From: Desulfobacterales bacterium
GTDB lineage: Bacteria > Desulfobacterota > Desulfobacteria > Desulfobacterales > UBA11574
Length of the DNA: 37,405 bases
NCBI GenBank assembly: GCA_050117895.1
Contig: JASFLX010000003.1
Span: 1-37,405, forward strand
Reading direction: 5' to 3'
Below are positions 37,234 through 37,405 of the stretch, in pieces. Under the pieces are notes generated by a model that saw only the letters and a list, made by a program, of their open reading frames with translations, searched no databases and was not told the DNA's origin. Numbering within the stretch: position 1 is the stretch's first letter; each line of letters starts with the position of its first letter. The position numbers and the translations under genes were made by a program.

Positions 37234-37405
37234 AATTATTGCCACTGCCTCTTTTTTCCAACCCATCTTTCTTCTTTACCAATTACAATCCAGATCGATA
37301 AGTAGATCTCAAAACCGTATCTATTAATTAGTACCCAATATACATTAATATTGGACACAAACTGAGTTTCCAATGCAGAAATGAGCCATTTTTCGCAAGG
37401 TCAAG

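Noticed and set aside
37237-37405. Open - strand frame and small CCAATAT/ATATTGG hairpin running off the window end
   Set aside because: Truncated, with no recognisable protein motif; coding versus repeat cannot be decided

Overview
AT-rich bacterial window whose gene content suggests a sulfate-reducing Desulfobacterota member (inference). 1-10.5 kb is a large polyhydroxyalkanoate (PHA) locus with two convergent operons. The + operon is phaE-phaC(class III)-phaJ-GNAT-phaA-GNAT. The - operon has two paralogous phasin-like genes, an atypical Cys-Asp-His alpha/beta-hydrolase (PhaC/PhaZ-like), two paralogous PhaE-like coiled-coil proteins and an NAD-type SDR reductase, with phaR transcribed divergently from it. 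10.7-18.8 kb is a complete hdrCBA-flxDCBA cluster headed by a tandem-GAF gene, divergent from an orphan GlcF-like Fe-S/CCG gene. The remainder holds a GNAT, a small ORF downstream of a sigma54-like site, an ExeA-OmpA protein, tRNA-Leu(CAA), a USP, a stand-alone GAF, ybdL-yafV, a sigma54-preceded cNMP/PAS-mlaEFD-PqiC-like operon, a MoCo-carrier/LMW-PTP/nupC operon, a YkgJ-family gene and a PilZ-like gene. Non-coding highlights are two copies of a 141-bp hairpin element with 6-7-bp target duplications and three compensatory base-pair changes, a ~270-nt rod-like foldback between convergent genes, and a leader with a 9-nt anti-Shine-Dalgarno match. All calls come from motif recognition by eye; no database searches were run.
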